Below are positions 9,057 through 17,365 of a stretch of 32,000 nt of DNA, in pieces. The stretch lies in assembly GCF_018398935.1 (NCBI RefSeq), contig NZ_CP074694.1:4860001-4892000 (forward strand). Reading direction: 5' to 3'. The DNA comes from Telmatocola sphagniphila. Its GTDB lineage: Bacteria; Planctomycetota; Planctomycetia; Gemmatales; Gemmataceae. The notes below the pieces were generated by a model, which saw nothing but the letters and a program-made list of their open reading frames with translations, was not told the DNA's origin and searched no databases. Both the position numbers and the translations under genes were made by a program. The number at the start of each line of letters is the position of its first letter. The stretch's first letter is position 1.

Positions 9057-9779
9057 CTATCGACCGACGAGCATTTTGGTGATCGTGGGGACCAGAGCTC
9101 CCCCCAGAAGGAGGATCCCGGCGGCCGTACCGCCGCCCCAGAGCACCCAGAAAATTGTTTTTTCGCCGTAGATTGCTCGATTTCTGCTGCGGCGTCGTAC
9201 CCGGCCTGAGGAAACCTTGGCGGGTGTGGAAGGAGCCACAATGGGCACGGTCCCACTCTCTTTGTCGGCGACTGCAGCGACCGGCATATTCAAATCGGCT
9301 TCGGACGGTGGGGGTTTCAGCCGATCCCACTCCGCTTTTCGCCGACGATACTTCACCACCAGAAAAGTCAGCCACAGTATAAAACTGACCGACCCGTAGG
9401 AAATTATGCTTCCCCAATACAAAATTCCGTTATAAGTACTTTCCAGCTTATAGGGAATGAAAGTCCCGTTCGCTGTCGCTTGTCCCTGGATCACGGTAAC
9501 TTCGACCATCGGATGGGCTGCGCCATACGGGCTCAGCACAAATTTCTGCAGTGCGATGAGAGCTACCAGACACATAAAACCCAACAGAATGATCTTCAAT
9601 TCCAATTGAACAACGGGTTTCTGGGCGAGTTTCTGCTTCCAGCTGAGGTTGGGAATATAACTCAATTCCCCCTGCGGGCCGTAATTGATCTTGGTATTAC
9701 ACTTGATGCAGCTGAACGATCGCTGGCTGCCGGGGATGCGTAGTTTGTTCTGACAGGTGGGACAAAAGAAATGCGGCAT
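9057..9779 (-). CDS. Hypothetical membrane protein with an N-terminal zinc ribbon
   Basis: ATG start. A CPTCQNKL...CIKCNTKI zinc-ribbon pair is followed by at least three TM segments (IILLGFMCLVALIALQKFV, ILYWGSIISYGSVSFILWLTFLVV, IFWVLWGGGTAAGILLLGGALV) and a basic linker. It is the only gene between the two rnpB 3'-end copies. Confidence 0.6.
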   Translation of the reverse strand: MPHFFCPTCQNKLRIPGSQRSFSCIKCNTKINYGPQGELSYIPNLSWKQKLAQKPVVQLELKIILLGFMCLVALIALQKFVLSPYGAAHPMVEVTVIQGQATANGTFIPYKLESTYNGILYWGSIISYGSVSFILWLTFLVVKYRRRKAEWDRLKPPPSEADLNMPVAAVADKESGTVPIVAPSTPAKVSSGRVRRRSRNRAIYGEKTIFWVLWGGGTAAGILLLGGALVPTITKMLVGR

Positions 9780-9952
9780 GGGTGATGGATAGAGATTTAA
9801 TTTGGAACAGAATTACCATTACATATCCACGGCCCTTATCGTGGCAGCGCGAACCGATTTTGTCAACAAATATATGAATAGAATCTCCATGCATCGAAAT
9901 TCGGCGCTCTTAAATCCGGAAGCCCGCAGGGTGGGACCCACGGGGAATTATG

Positions 9953-10118
9953 CGGAAGCAAAGCCAAACAGGGAGCCGGAGTGGGGCGGGCTCCATTACG
10001 ACTTCCGGGTAGGCTGCTCAAGCCTGGGAGCAAGCCTTGACGTGAATGAAGGGTCGTCGCTCCGGGAAAACCGCAAGCTCAAAACCCAGCTTATAACCCG
10101 ACCCCTAAATTCGGTGTT
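9953..10118 (+). repeat. Degenerate direct duplicate of the 3' third of rnpB (non-functional fragment)
   Basis: It aligns colinearly with 8878-9043. CGGAAGCAAAGCCAAACAGGG is identical, and CCGGGTAGGCTGCTC(G/A)AGCCTGGGAGCAA and AAAACCC(G/A)GCTTA(C/T)AACCCGACCC are nearly so. My manual alignment gives roughly 80% identity with one 2-nt indel. There is no P4 5' strand or any 5' domain, so it cannot be a functional RNase P RNA. Confidence 0.8.
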
Positions 10119-10138
10119 CATTCAATCAGTAAGTGGGA

Positions 10139-11416
10139 TTATTTTTGCTCCCGAATCTGAAGATCTCGGATTTCAATCAGGTCTCCGGCCAAAGGTCCGG
10201 TTGGAAACTTGACCACTAATTCCATTTTTTTCCCGGTCCATTTCGCGGGCACCTGCACGGGCATGCGCGTAAATTGCCCGCATTGTATTGTCGACTTGGT
10301 TTTATCCAGAACCAGGCTACCCAACTCATTCAGGTCAATTTCACATACTGAGGGTTTTGAAATGATCGTCCCACTTTTCTCACTGGAACACATGTTTAAG
10401 CTCAAAAAATTGTCAGCGACGACCCTCGGGCGAGTCATGACTGTATCACCGGTGCGCAAACCTTTTTCGGGAAGTTCGACACTCATCTGCAATTTTAAAC
10501 CGGGAAGGAGTTCGTACTTCGTTTTCTCTCCCGGTGTAACAGTGAGATTAAAGTCGTTCTTGGAATTATAAAAACTATAACTCCAGCTGTTGTACTTGCT
10601 CTCCGACAGGCTGAACGATAGACGTTCGAGGCGATATTTTCCCGCGGGTAATGAGGCAACTTTTTCGATGTCGGTCAATGGGATCCATTCCCCCCATTCG
10701 CTCACGAGGCTGAGCTGGACATCCGACGGTTTAGCTTTGACAGTCCGGGTTAGGACGAATTCCATCTCCCCTTTCAGGTCGGGTCTACGCGTGACTTCGA
10801 TTCTGTCTCCCGCGGCGTTCGGTTTCAAAATATACTTCACTCCTTTTATTTCCATCGCCGATCCCACGGTCACCTGCTCGGTGAGGGGATCGAATTTCCC
10901 ATCACCATCGAGATCCACCCATAAGCGGTCGACACCCACCCGATGAAAGCAACCATCCCCATCGCCATCCAGAAGCCGATAGTTGTAGTTCTTTCCGGCA
11001 ATCTCCACTTCTCCCGCGATGAATCCGCGGATGCAAAAGACCGGATCATCGCCTCGCAAGCGGACCATTAAGGTTCGCGATTTGCCATCGACTTGAATAG
11101 TGATCTCGATAGGCTTCGATGTGAGGTTGAATCGCTCCTTCTCGGATATTTTTCCATCGGAATTCAAATCGATTGCCAGAGTAGCAGTCGACGATTGCCA
11201 AATCATGTTCAAATGATCCGAACCGGACGACCCGATTGGCAGGGTACTAGACTTCGACTCTTTAGCGAGAGGGTCGGACGGTTCAATTTTTAAAACGGGC
11301 TGGGCCGACCATTCCAAAGAGCGATAAAAAAGTGCCGAGCGGACTTCGATAGTGGTTTCGTCGCGAAGAATCGCTTTTGGCGGCTCCAGACATAGTAGGC
11401 AAAGAATCCAAAGCAT
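10139..11416 (-). CDS. Hypothetical secreted protein with EF-hand/dockerin-like calcium-binding loops
   Basis: ATG 11416 has GAGGA 6 nt upstream and opens a hydrophobic N-terminus. A canonical EF-hand loop DLNSDGKISEKE is present, plus DGDGDGCF and DLDGDGKFDPLTE. It starts 42 nt downstream of the preceding large gene, so the two are probably co-transcribed. Confidence 0.65.
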   Translation of the reverse strand: MLWILCLLCLEPPKAILRDETTIEVRSALFYRSLEWSAQPVLKIEPSDPLAKESKSSTLPIGSSGSDHLNMIWQSSTATLAIDLNSDGKISEKERFNLTSKPIEITIQVDGKSRTLMVRLRGDDPVFCIRGFIAGEVEIAGKNYNYRLLDGDGDGCFHRVGVDRLWVDLDGDGKFDPLTEQVTVGSAMEIKGVKYILKPNAAGDRIEVTRRPDLKGEMEFVLTRTVKAKPSDVQLSLVSEWGEWIPLTDIEKVASLPAGKYRLERLSFSLSESKYNSWSYSFYNSKNDFNLTVTPGEKTKYELLPGLKLQMSVELPEKGLRTGDTVMTRPRVVADNFLSLNMCSSEKSGTIISKPSVCEIDLNELGSLVLDKTKSTIQCGQFTRMPVQVPAKWTGKKMELVVKFPTGPLAGDLIEIRDLQIREQK

Positions 11417-11458
11417 TTGATTTCCTCAAAAAGCGGACTTTACCGATACGATTTGGAA

Positions 11459-14395
11459 TCAGTCTCGCTCCAAATCATACCAGGGAAGCGATTCCCACCT
11501 CGAAAAATTTGTCATGCGGTCGCCGTCCTGGGTTAGGCTCTCCAGGAGTTCCGTGAGCCCGAGTCTGGAAAACGACTGCTGATTCAAACCTTTTGCGGAT
11601 TCTCTTTTCACAGCGGCCAAGGCTTTCTCCGGATCGGTCAGCGCCAGAAGAAAAATCCCTTTTCGGTGTCCCGAAATCCATGCTTCGAGAATCGTATCGT
11701 CGGGATACACTCGATCCAGAAGGATTCGAGCTGTTTCAGGATCCGTGAACGCCAGCGCAAAGGCCGTGTGCATATTTGTTTCTTTTTGTTCATTCGCGCT
11801 CTGATTGGGTTCACTTCTAAAACTCAAGGTCCGAGCGATCAGCGCGTGCAGATCGGGGTAGCCCATTTGTTTCGCTTTGTAGACCGCCTGTCCGGCAAAA
11901 GCGGCTCGCCCTCCAAAATTTAACCAACTCCCAAAATCTTCCCCATGCGACTCCAGGAAGGCGAACGCACGATCGATCAATGAATAGGCTCCCGCAGGAT
12001 TCTTCGCATGAATTTTCTGAGCGAGCTCGACCCATCCCTGAAAGCGAAAACATCCATCCTGGATGTCATCGATTAATTTCAATGCTTCATCGAAATCCTT
12101 TTCAGCCAGCAAAAGCGCCAATCGTATACGAACAATATGGGAAGAATATGCTAGTTCCTTCTTAAACAATTTCAGATTCTTTTTGGCGGCGGGATAATCG
12201 GTCTGGGCAAGTCCCAATAAAGATCTTTCGAGTCCGCGGTTGTAAAAGATAGGGTCGTCGCAGCTCTCGAGAATTTTCGAGGCTGCAGGCCAATCCATGA
12301 TCGACAGGTGGCCAGCTACTTCACCGATCGCCTGATCATTCTTCTGACCCGCGGGTGCCTTTTTTAGATAATCTAACCCCTCCTCGAGGAGCTTTCTTCC
12401 CCCGGCTTTATTGCCCGCTTTCCAGGCTAATTCACCCGCTTCCGCCAGCCCGACAGAAATAAAGTAAACTTTCGAAGGATCGTACTTACGCGTTCGAAGG
12501 GCAGCTTCCTCCGCTAGTCGAAGACTTTTTTCTTTGTCGATTGGCAGCAATTGTTCGCCGAGTCGAACCAGTTTAAAACCCGGATAACTTTTATCCAACT
12601 GTAAAATGACGTCGATGGCGTCTTCGAGATTATCCTGCGCCAACTTCAGAAGTTGCTTCTGATTTATCAGCAAGGAAAGCCTTTTCTTTAAAGGGGCGAC
12701 TTCCTTTTCGGTTGCCACCTCGATCCATTTTTTGGCAATCGCCGGGTCGAATTGGACCGCGATCTGGAAGATCGTTGCTCCCCAGCCATGCGTCGCCCGA
12801 CTCTTCCAGAGCTCTTCCAAAATTTGCTCAAGGAATTTCTTTTCGCTCGCCAGATACTGATCGGATATTCGCGGCGGCTCGGGAGCCGGCTCACTTACTT
12901 TCCTCAATGTAAATGAAGCCTGGTCGTTGCTGGTGTTTACGAACGTCCAGCGGTATCCCTCTTTATTTGCCGTAAGAAAAATCCTTCCTTGCGGAAGAGC
13001 TTTCAACTCGAAGGAGCCCGTATCATCCGTCTGGGCGGAAAGCACTTTCGGAGTATCGCCCGAATTGCGGACGATCACATCGCGAATTGGTTGACCGTCT
13101 AAACCTCGTACGACGCCGCGCACAACTCGGTTGATTCTCGTGGCCTTGAAGTTATCGAACTCAATCGTTTCGCCCGGTTTTCCGCTTTTTTTATCATTAA
13201 AATTATCGCCGATCGGGTTGATGCCTTCCCCTTTGATGGCCACATAAAAATGCTGGCCCGGCCAATGCCCTCGAAAGGTGAATTTGCCTTCGGCATCCGT
13301 GTTGGACTGATCGATCAGTATCGAACTCCACAGGGCGAAATTACCTCCCTGAATTTGATAGTTCCAATATAGTTGAGCCTTTGCTCCCGTTATGGGTTTT
13401 CCGGCCTGATCGAGAACTTTTCCCTTGAAGGTCACACCGTTGGACTCGGTAACAGAAAATTTGGGTGATTTTCGATAGATCTCGGGATCCAGCGCTTCGG
13501 GTACGTTAACGGCCTGATCTTTGCGAATGTAGAAGGTGAGTGGAATATCGGGAGGTAAACCCGCAAGTTCGAACTCGCCATTCGTCCAAATGGCTTTATT
13601 TCGTTCACCGGGCATCTCAACGAAAACTGGACAATAAACTTTAAACGGCGCGGAAAGAGGTTGTCCTTTTTTATCCACCACACGGCCAGTGACTCGCTGT
13701 GTCGGAGTCAACTTTACATCGGGATTAGTGTGTTTTGCCCCTGGGGCTAGATCGATCGGTGACAGAACGGATCTGGTTTTAGGATTCATAGCCGGCGGCA
13801 GGTATCCCGCGACGCCGAAATAGTCGAACTGGACCGAGTAATTGGTACCGCCTTCACAATAGACCTTGTAAATGCCATTAACATCCGTTTTTACACGGTA
13901 GCTCTCCATGCTCGTACTCTGAGCGTTTTTTTCGCCGAATATCGAAAGGATATAGTTGGGGATCGGTTTATTCGTTACCGCCTCCAAAAGTCGCCCGGAG
14001 ATTTCGGCACAGGGTTTGACCTGGAGAGTGAGTTCGGTTTTCTTCCCCGATTGAATTTTCACTTCGACAGGGGCTCCCAGATGAAACGGAATTTTTCCAG
14101 GATTCTTTATGCTGAATGTGTAAGTGCCGGGACCAATCCCCTCGATTTTTCCGTTTTGGATAGAAGAATCGAGACTGGACTGATAGTAATTCACTGCCGT
14201 TACGTCTTTTGAACCTTTGGGATCTCGTTTTTCAAAAAGCTGCCAGCTAAATTGTTTCAAAACTTCCGGATTGTTGAGTCCTTCGACGTTCAGCTGGAGA
14301 CTTCCCGCAGGTGCGAGTTGATGAATCGGCTTCTCACCGGGTTTGAAAAAGATCGCGCCTCGACCGTAGACTTCATCCTTGAAGTAGACTTGCAC
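11459..14395 (-). CDS. Large CarboxypepD_reg-like repeat protein with a C-terminal helical-repeat domain; apparently 5'-truncated (coding frame continues to 14695 without a start codon)
   Basis: There are at least five Ig-like carboxypeptidase-regulatory-type repeats (for example ISGRLLEAVTNKPIPNY, VTGRVVDKKGQPL, FKGKVLDQAGKPITGAKAQL...DAEGKFTF, VRGVVRGLDGQPIRDVIV...DDTGSFEL), followed by ~470 aa of helical repeats. The first start codon in frame is GTG 14395. The frame stays open and repeat-like for another 300 nt (see findings). Confidence 0.7.
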   Translation of the reverse strand: MQVYFKDEVYGRGAIFFKPGEKPIHQLAPAGSLQLNVEGLNNPEVLKQFSWQLFEKRDPKGSKDVTAVNYYQSSLDSSIQNGKIEGIGPGTYTFSIKNPGKIPFHLGAPVEVKIQSGKKTELTLQVKPCAEISGRLLEAVTNKPIPNYILSIFGEKNAQSTSMESYRVKTDVNGIYKVYCEGGTNYSVQFDYFGVAGYLPPAMNPKTRSVLSPIDLAPGAKHTNPDVKLTPTQRVTGRVVDKKGQPLSAPFKVYCPVFVEMPGERNKAIWTNGEFELAGLPPDIPLTFYIRKDQAVNVPEALDPEIYRKSPKFSVTESNGVTFKGKVLDQAGKPITGAKAQLYWNYQIQGGNFALWSSILIDQSNTDAEGKFTFRGHWPGQHFYVAIKGEGINPIGDNFNDKKSGKPGETIEFDNFKATRINRVVRGVVRGLDGQPIRDVIVRNSGDTPKVLSAQTDDTGSFELKALPQGRIFLTANKEGYRWTFVNTSNDQASFTLRKVSEPAPEPPRISDQYLASEKKFLEQILEELWKSRATHGWGATIFQIAVQFDPAIAKKWIEVATEKEVAPLKKRLSLLINQKQLLKLAQDNLEDAIDVILQLDKSYPGFKLVRLGEQLLPIDKEKSLRLAEEAALRTRKYDPSKVYFISVGLAEAGELAWKAGNKAGGRKLLEEGLDYLKKAPAGQKNDQAIGEVAGHLSIMDWPAASKILESCDDPIFYNRGLERSLLGLAQTDYPAAKKNLKLFKKELAYSSHIVRIRLALLLAEKDFDEALKLIDDIQDGCFRFQGWVELAQKIHAKNPAGAYSLIDRAFAFLESHGEDFGSWLNFGGRAAFAGQAVYKAKQMGYPDLHALIARTLSFRSEPNQSANEQKETNMHTAFALAFTDPETARILLDRVYPDDTILEAWISGHRKGIFLLALTDPEKALAAVKRESAKGLNQQSFSRLGLTELLESLTQDGDRMTNFSRWESLPWYDLERD

Positions 14396-14772
14396 GCCAT
14401 AACCCTTGGGTACATTGCTAAATTTGAACCTTCCCTGTTCGTCCGTGACCGTTTCGTGATCCCCGAACCACTTCGGATAACGAAATGAGGTTGAACGCTG
14501 ATTGACCCCGCGCTCTGGATCGCTGAGAACCTGCAGAAAGTTGAGAACGCACTTGGCGCCGACAATCGGCTTGCCCTCGGAATTGATGAGCGTCCGTTCT
14601 ACAGTCGTCGGTTCGATTAGCTCGATTCGATCCTCTGCTTCAAGTACATCGTCAACTTCTCTGCGAGGTCTTATGTCCCCTTTCCTGAAATATCTACCGG
14701 TTTAGCCGTTTAAATCGCTATAGGAATTACCTTCTCTTTCTTAGGCGGGAATACCGCCAGAAGAGAGGCTAT

Positions 14773-16362
14773 ATGGATGAATTCAACCAGAATGCATTTG
14801 CGGAGAAAAGAGAAGAACAACCGAGAGCTGGTCCGACGGAGGATAGGGACCCGCTGTCCGCGGCTGCCGAAGTGGGGCGGGCGGAGCCGAGCGCCCCTGA
14901 GCGCAGCGAAGGGGAGCGACGCGGAGCCCGCCCCACTTCGGAGTCCTTTCCCGATGCGGGTCTGGATTTATCGGATTCCGTGGATTCCGAGGTAGAAGCC
15001 AGCCTTTCGAAGCGTAGGGAATTCCACTCGAGGTTATCGGGTCGGGGACCTGTTAAGGGACGGCGTTTGGTGAAAAAATCGACCGAACCCGTGCCGGCGA
15101 TGACGGCGGAACAGCGGATTTTGTTGCTGGATACCTGGCAGCGGAGCGGCTTGCCCGCCGGCGATTTTGCTCCTTTGGTAGGCGTCTCGAAACACACGCT
15201 TTACGCATGGAAGAAGCGGTTTGAAATTTCTGGCCCGGCCGGATTGTTGGATCAGCCGCGGGGCAAACCTCCGGGCAGCCGCGTTCACGAGTTGACCAAG
15301 CGTACAATCCTGATGCTCAAAAAATCGAATCCGGAATGGGGGTGTCAGCGGATTAGCGACATGCTATTGCGAGGTCCGGCTTTACCGGCGAGTGCTTCGG
15401 CGGTGGCCCGGGTGCTGCATGAAGCCGGTTATCAACTGGAGCAGGCTCCGACGCGAGGGCATCCGGACAAGGTGCGGTCCTTCGAGCGGGCCCGTCCGAA
15501 TCAGTTATGGCAAACTGATCTTTTCACATTTGTGTTAAAACGTCAGAATCGGCGCGTTCATTTGGTCGGGTTCATGGACGATCACAGTCGGTTTTTGGTC
15601 GGCTACGGCTTGCATGCGAGCCAGTCATCGGCTTTGGTGCTGGAGGTCTTGCGAGCTTCCATGGCTTCTTATGGAACGCCGGAGGAGATTCTCACCGACA
15701 ACGGTACGCAGTATGTGACCTGGCGGGGTAAAAGTGCCTTCTCGAAGGAACTCGAAAAACGGGGCATTCGACAGGTAGTAGCGTCTCCGCGTCATCCGCA
15801 GACTTTGGGTAAGATCGAGCGGTTCTGGGGAACCTTGTGGCGTGAGTGCATCGAGAGTGCAATCTTCATCGACATGGGGGATGCTCAGCGTCGGATTGGG
15901 TTATTCATAGACCATTACAACTTCCAGAGGCCCCATCAGGGGATCGATGGTCTGGTGCCCGCGGACCGTTACTTCGGGGCGGCCTCGGAAGTGCGTCGGA
16001 GTCTTCAAACTCGGGTAGCCGCGAATGCCTTGGAGCTGGCTCGAAACGGGATTCCGAAGCAGCCGTTTTATCTGACCGGCCAGGTGGGAGGTCAGCCCTT
16101 CAGCGTCCATGCGGAAGGGGAACGGATGATCTTGACCCGGCCCGAAGGAGAACGGCGGGAGATAGACTTGGTGCCCCCTCCGCCGCCGGAATCGACTTCC
16201 CGAGACGAGTTGCCCAAGCCGGTCTGTCCGGTCGGCGAGGTGAGCAATCCTCAAAGCTTGGGTTCGGAAGAGCCGTCTTTGCCGGGGGAATCGCCGTTGG
16301 ATGAGAGCTTGCGTCTGATCGAGGATATGTGGTCGATCCCGCCTGAGGGAGGTGACTTATGA
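14773..16362 (+). CDS. DDE transposase, integrase-core (rve) family, IS481/IS3-like, with N-terminal HTH domains
   Basis: HTH region LPAGDFAPLVGVSKHTLYAWKKRF. The rve core has the DDE triad context WQTDLF, ILTDNGTQY and TLGKIERFW, then the typical tail YNFQRPHQGIDGLVPADRY. The first ~110 aa are low-complexity, so ATG 15100 (MTAEQR...) is an alternative start. Confidence 0.85.
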   Translation: MDEFNQNAFAEKREEQPRAGPTEDRDPLSAAAEVGRAEPSAPERSEGERRGARPTSESFPDAGLDLSDSVDSEVEASLSKRREFHSRLSGRGPVKGRRLVKKSTEPVPAMTAEQRILLLDTWQRSGLPAGDFAPLVGVSKHTLYAWKKRFEISGPAGLLDQPRGKPPGSRVHELTKRTILMLKKSNPEWGCQRISDMLLRGPALPASASAVARVLHEAGYQLEQAPTRGHPDKVRSFERARPNQLWQTDLFTFVLKRQNRRVHLVGFMDDHSRFLVGYGLHASQSSALVLEVLRASMASYGTPEEILTDNGTQYVTWRGKSAFSKELEKRGIRQVVASPRHPQTLGKIERFWGTLWRECIESAIFIDMGDAQRRIGLFIDHYNFQRPHQGIDGLVPADRYFGAASEVRRSLQTRVAANALELARNGIPKQPFYLTGQVGGQPFSVHAEGERMILTRPEGERREIDLVPPPPPESTSRDELPKPVCPVGEVSNPQSLGSEEPSLPGESPLDESLRLIEDMWSIPPEGGDL

Positions 16363-16849
16363 CGACTAATTCCGAGGCGAAAGCACCGCGTCGGTCTCGT
16401 TCGATAGGAGGTCCAAAACTGGGCGAGTCCTGCGGTCCGCAGGCGAAGCGTCTGGCTTCGGTGATACTGGAGGTACTCGCCGGGGCTCGCACTCCGACCG
16501 ATGCGGCCACGGCGGTAGGAATCTCTTTGCCGAATTATTATCAGGTCGAAACGCGTGCCTTGCAGGGATTACTGAAAGCTTGCGAGCCGCGCCCCGCGGT
16601 CGAGTGCGGACCGATGCCAGCGAGTTAGCCTCCTTGCAAAAGGAGAATCAGCGTCTGCAACGGGAACTCGGTCGGCACCAAGCTCTGGCCCGTGCGTCGC
16701 AGCGTGCGGTGGGCCTGGCTCCGCCCCCGACGCGATCGGCTTCGGGAAAGAAGGGGCGAAAACGGCGGACCACCGTGCGTGCTTTAAGCATTGTCGCTCG
16801 GTTGAATCCCGTGCAGCAAGAGGCCCCGAAGGAAGCCGGCGTCCAGTGA
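16359..16849 (+). pseudogene. OrfA-like HTH/leucine-zipper transposase accessory gene, split by a -1 frameshift (ORFs 16359..16628 and 16580..16849)
   Basis: Its ATG overlaps the stop of the upstream transposase (ATGA). The two ORFs joined at the C4 run 16592-16595 read ...GISLPNYYQVETRALQGLLKACEPRP|RGRVRTDASELASLQKENQRLQREL. This is colinear with the intact paralog 16884..17357 (...GISEPRYHQLKHQMLAAALEALEPRPAGRPVQVPSAAEAEIQKLQKELRERE). Confidence 0.7.
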
Positions 16850-16883
16850 TAACGATATCGCCCTCGATCGAGGAGGATCGGAG

Positions 16884-17357
16884 ATGCGGGGACGAAAACC
16901 GGCGGGACCGGAGTCAGTCGATGAACTGCCCGGTTCCGTCATCGCGAAGGATCGCTTGAAAACGTTGTTGCGGACGATGATCGGAGAATGCCGGGTGACG
17001 GAAGCTTGCCAGATACTGGGCATTAGCGAACCCCGTTACCATCAGTTGAAGCATCAGATGCTGGCGGCGGCCCTGGAAGCCCTGGAACCGCGTCCCGCCG
17101 GTCGTCCGGTTCAAGTGCCTTCGGCGGCGGAAGCGGAGATTCAGAAACTTCAAAAAGAATTACGGGAACGGGAAGCGGAGTTAAATGTAGCACTAGTCCG
17201 CGAAGAACTTGCATCGATATTGCCTCGCGTCGCTAAGTCAGCGACCGAACCAGAGAAAAAAAAACGGAAGCGAGGGCGACCACCGGGGGACAAAACGGCC
17301 GGCGGCGGCGAGGTTGGGGGCGGCAAAAAGATCGCCGGGAGATCGAAAGGAATCTGA
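16884..17357 (+). CDS. IS3-type OrfA: HTH plus leucine-zipper transposase accessory protein
   Basis: ATG is preceded by GAGGAGGA. It has the HTH VTEACQILGISEPRYHQLK, the coiled coil EIQKLQKELREREAELNVAL and a basic tail EKKKRKRGRPPG. It contains the A9 run within the overlap with the -1 frame of the next gene. Confidence 0.8.
   Translation: MRGRKPAGPESVDELPGSVIAKDRLKTLLRTMIGECRVTEACQILGISEPRYHQLKHQMLAAALEALEPRPAGRPVQVPSAAEAEIQKLQKELREREAELNVALVREELASILPRVAKSATEPEKKKRKRGRPPGDKTAGGGEVGGGKKIAGRSKGI
17256..17264 (+). promoter_or_regulatory. Candidate programmed -1 ribosomal frameshift site (A9 slippery run)
   Basis: GAG AAA AAA AAA CGG in the orfA frame. The -1 frame, which is the orfB frame, is open from 17237 onward. 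The A AAA AAA heptamer is the classical IS3-family slippery motif, and GC-rich sequence follows it. Confidence 0.5.
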
Positions 17358-17365
17358 GGCGGCGA

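Noticed and set aside
8295-10212. ORFs overlapping the RNase P RNA gene and its partial duplicate (8295..8684 +, 8662..8892 -, 8965..9417 -, 9014..9256 -, 9802..10212 +), plus the 8747 start of the DUF885 ORF
   Set aside because: The region carries the full set of conserved rnpB blocks and a perfect P1 helix, so ORFs across it are incidental. The DUF885 protein has a clean signal peptide starting at ATG 8468.
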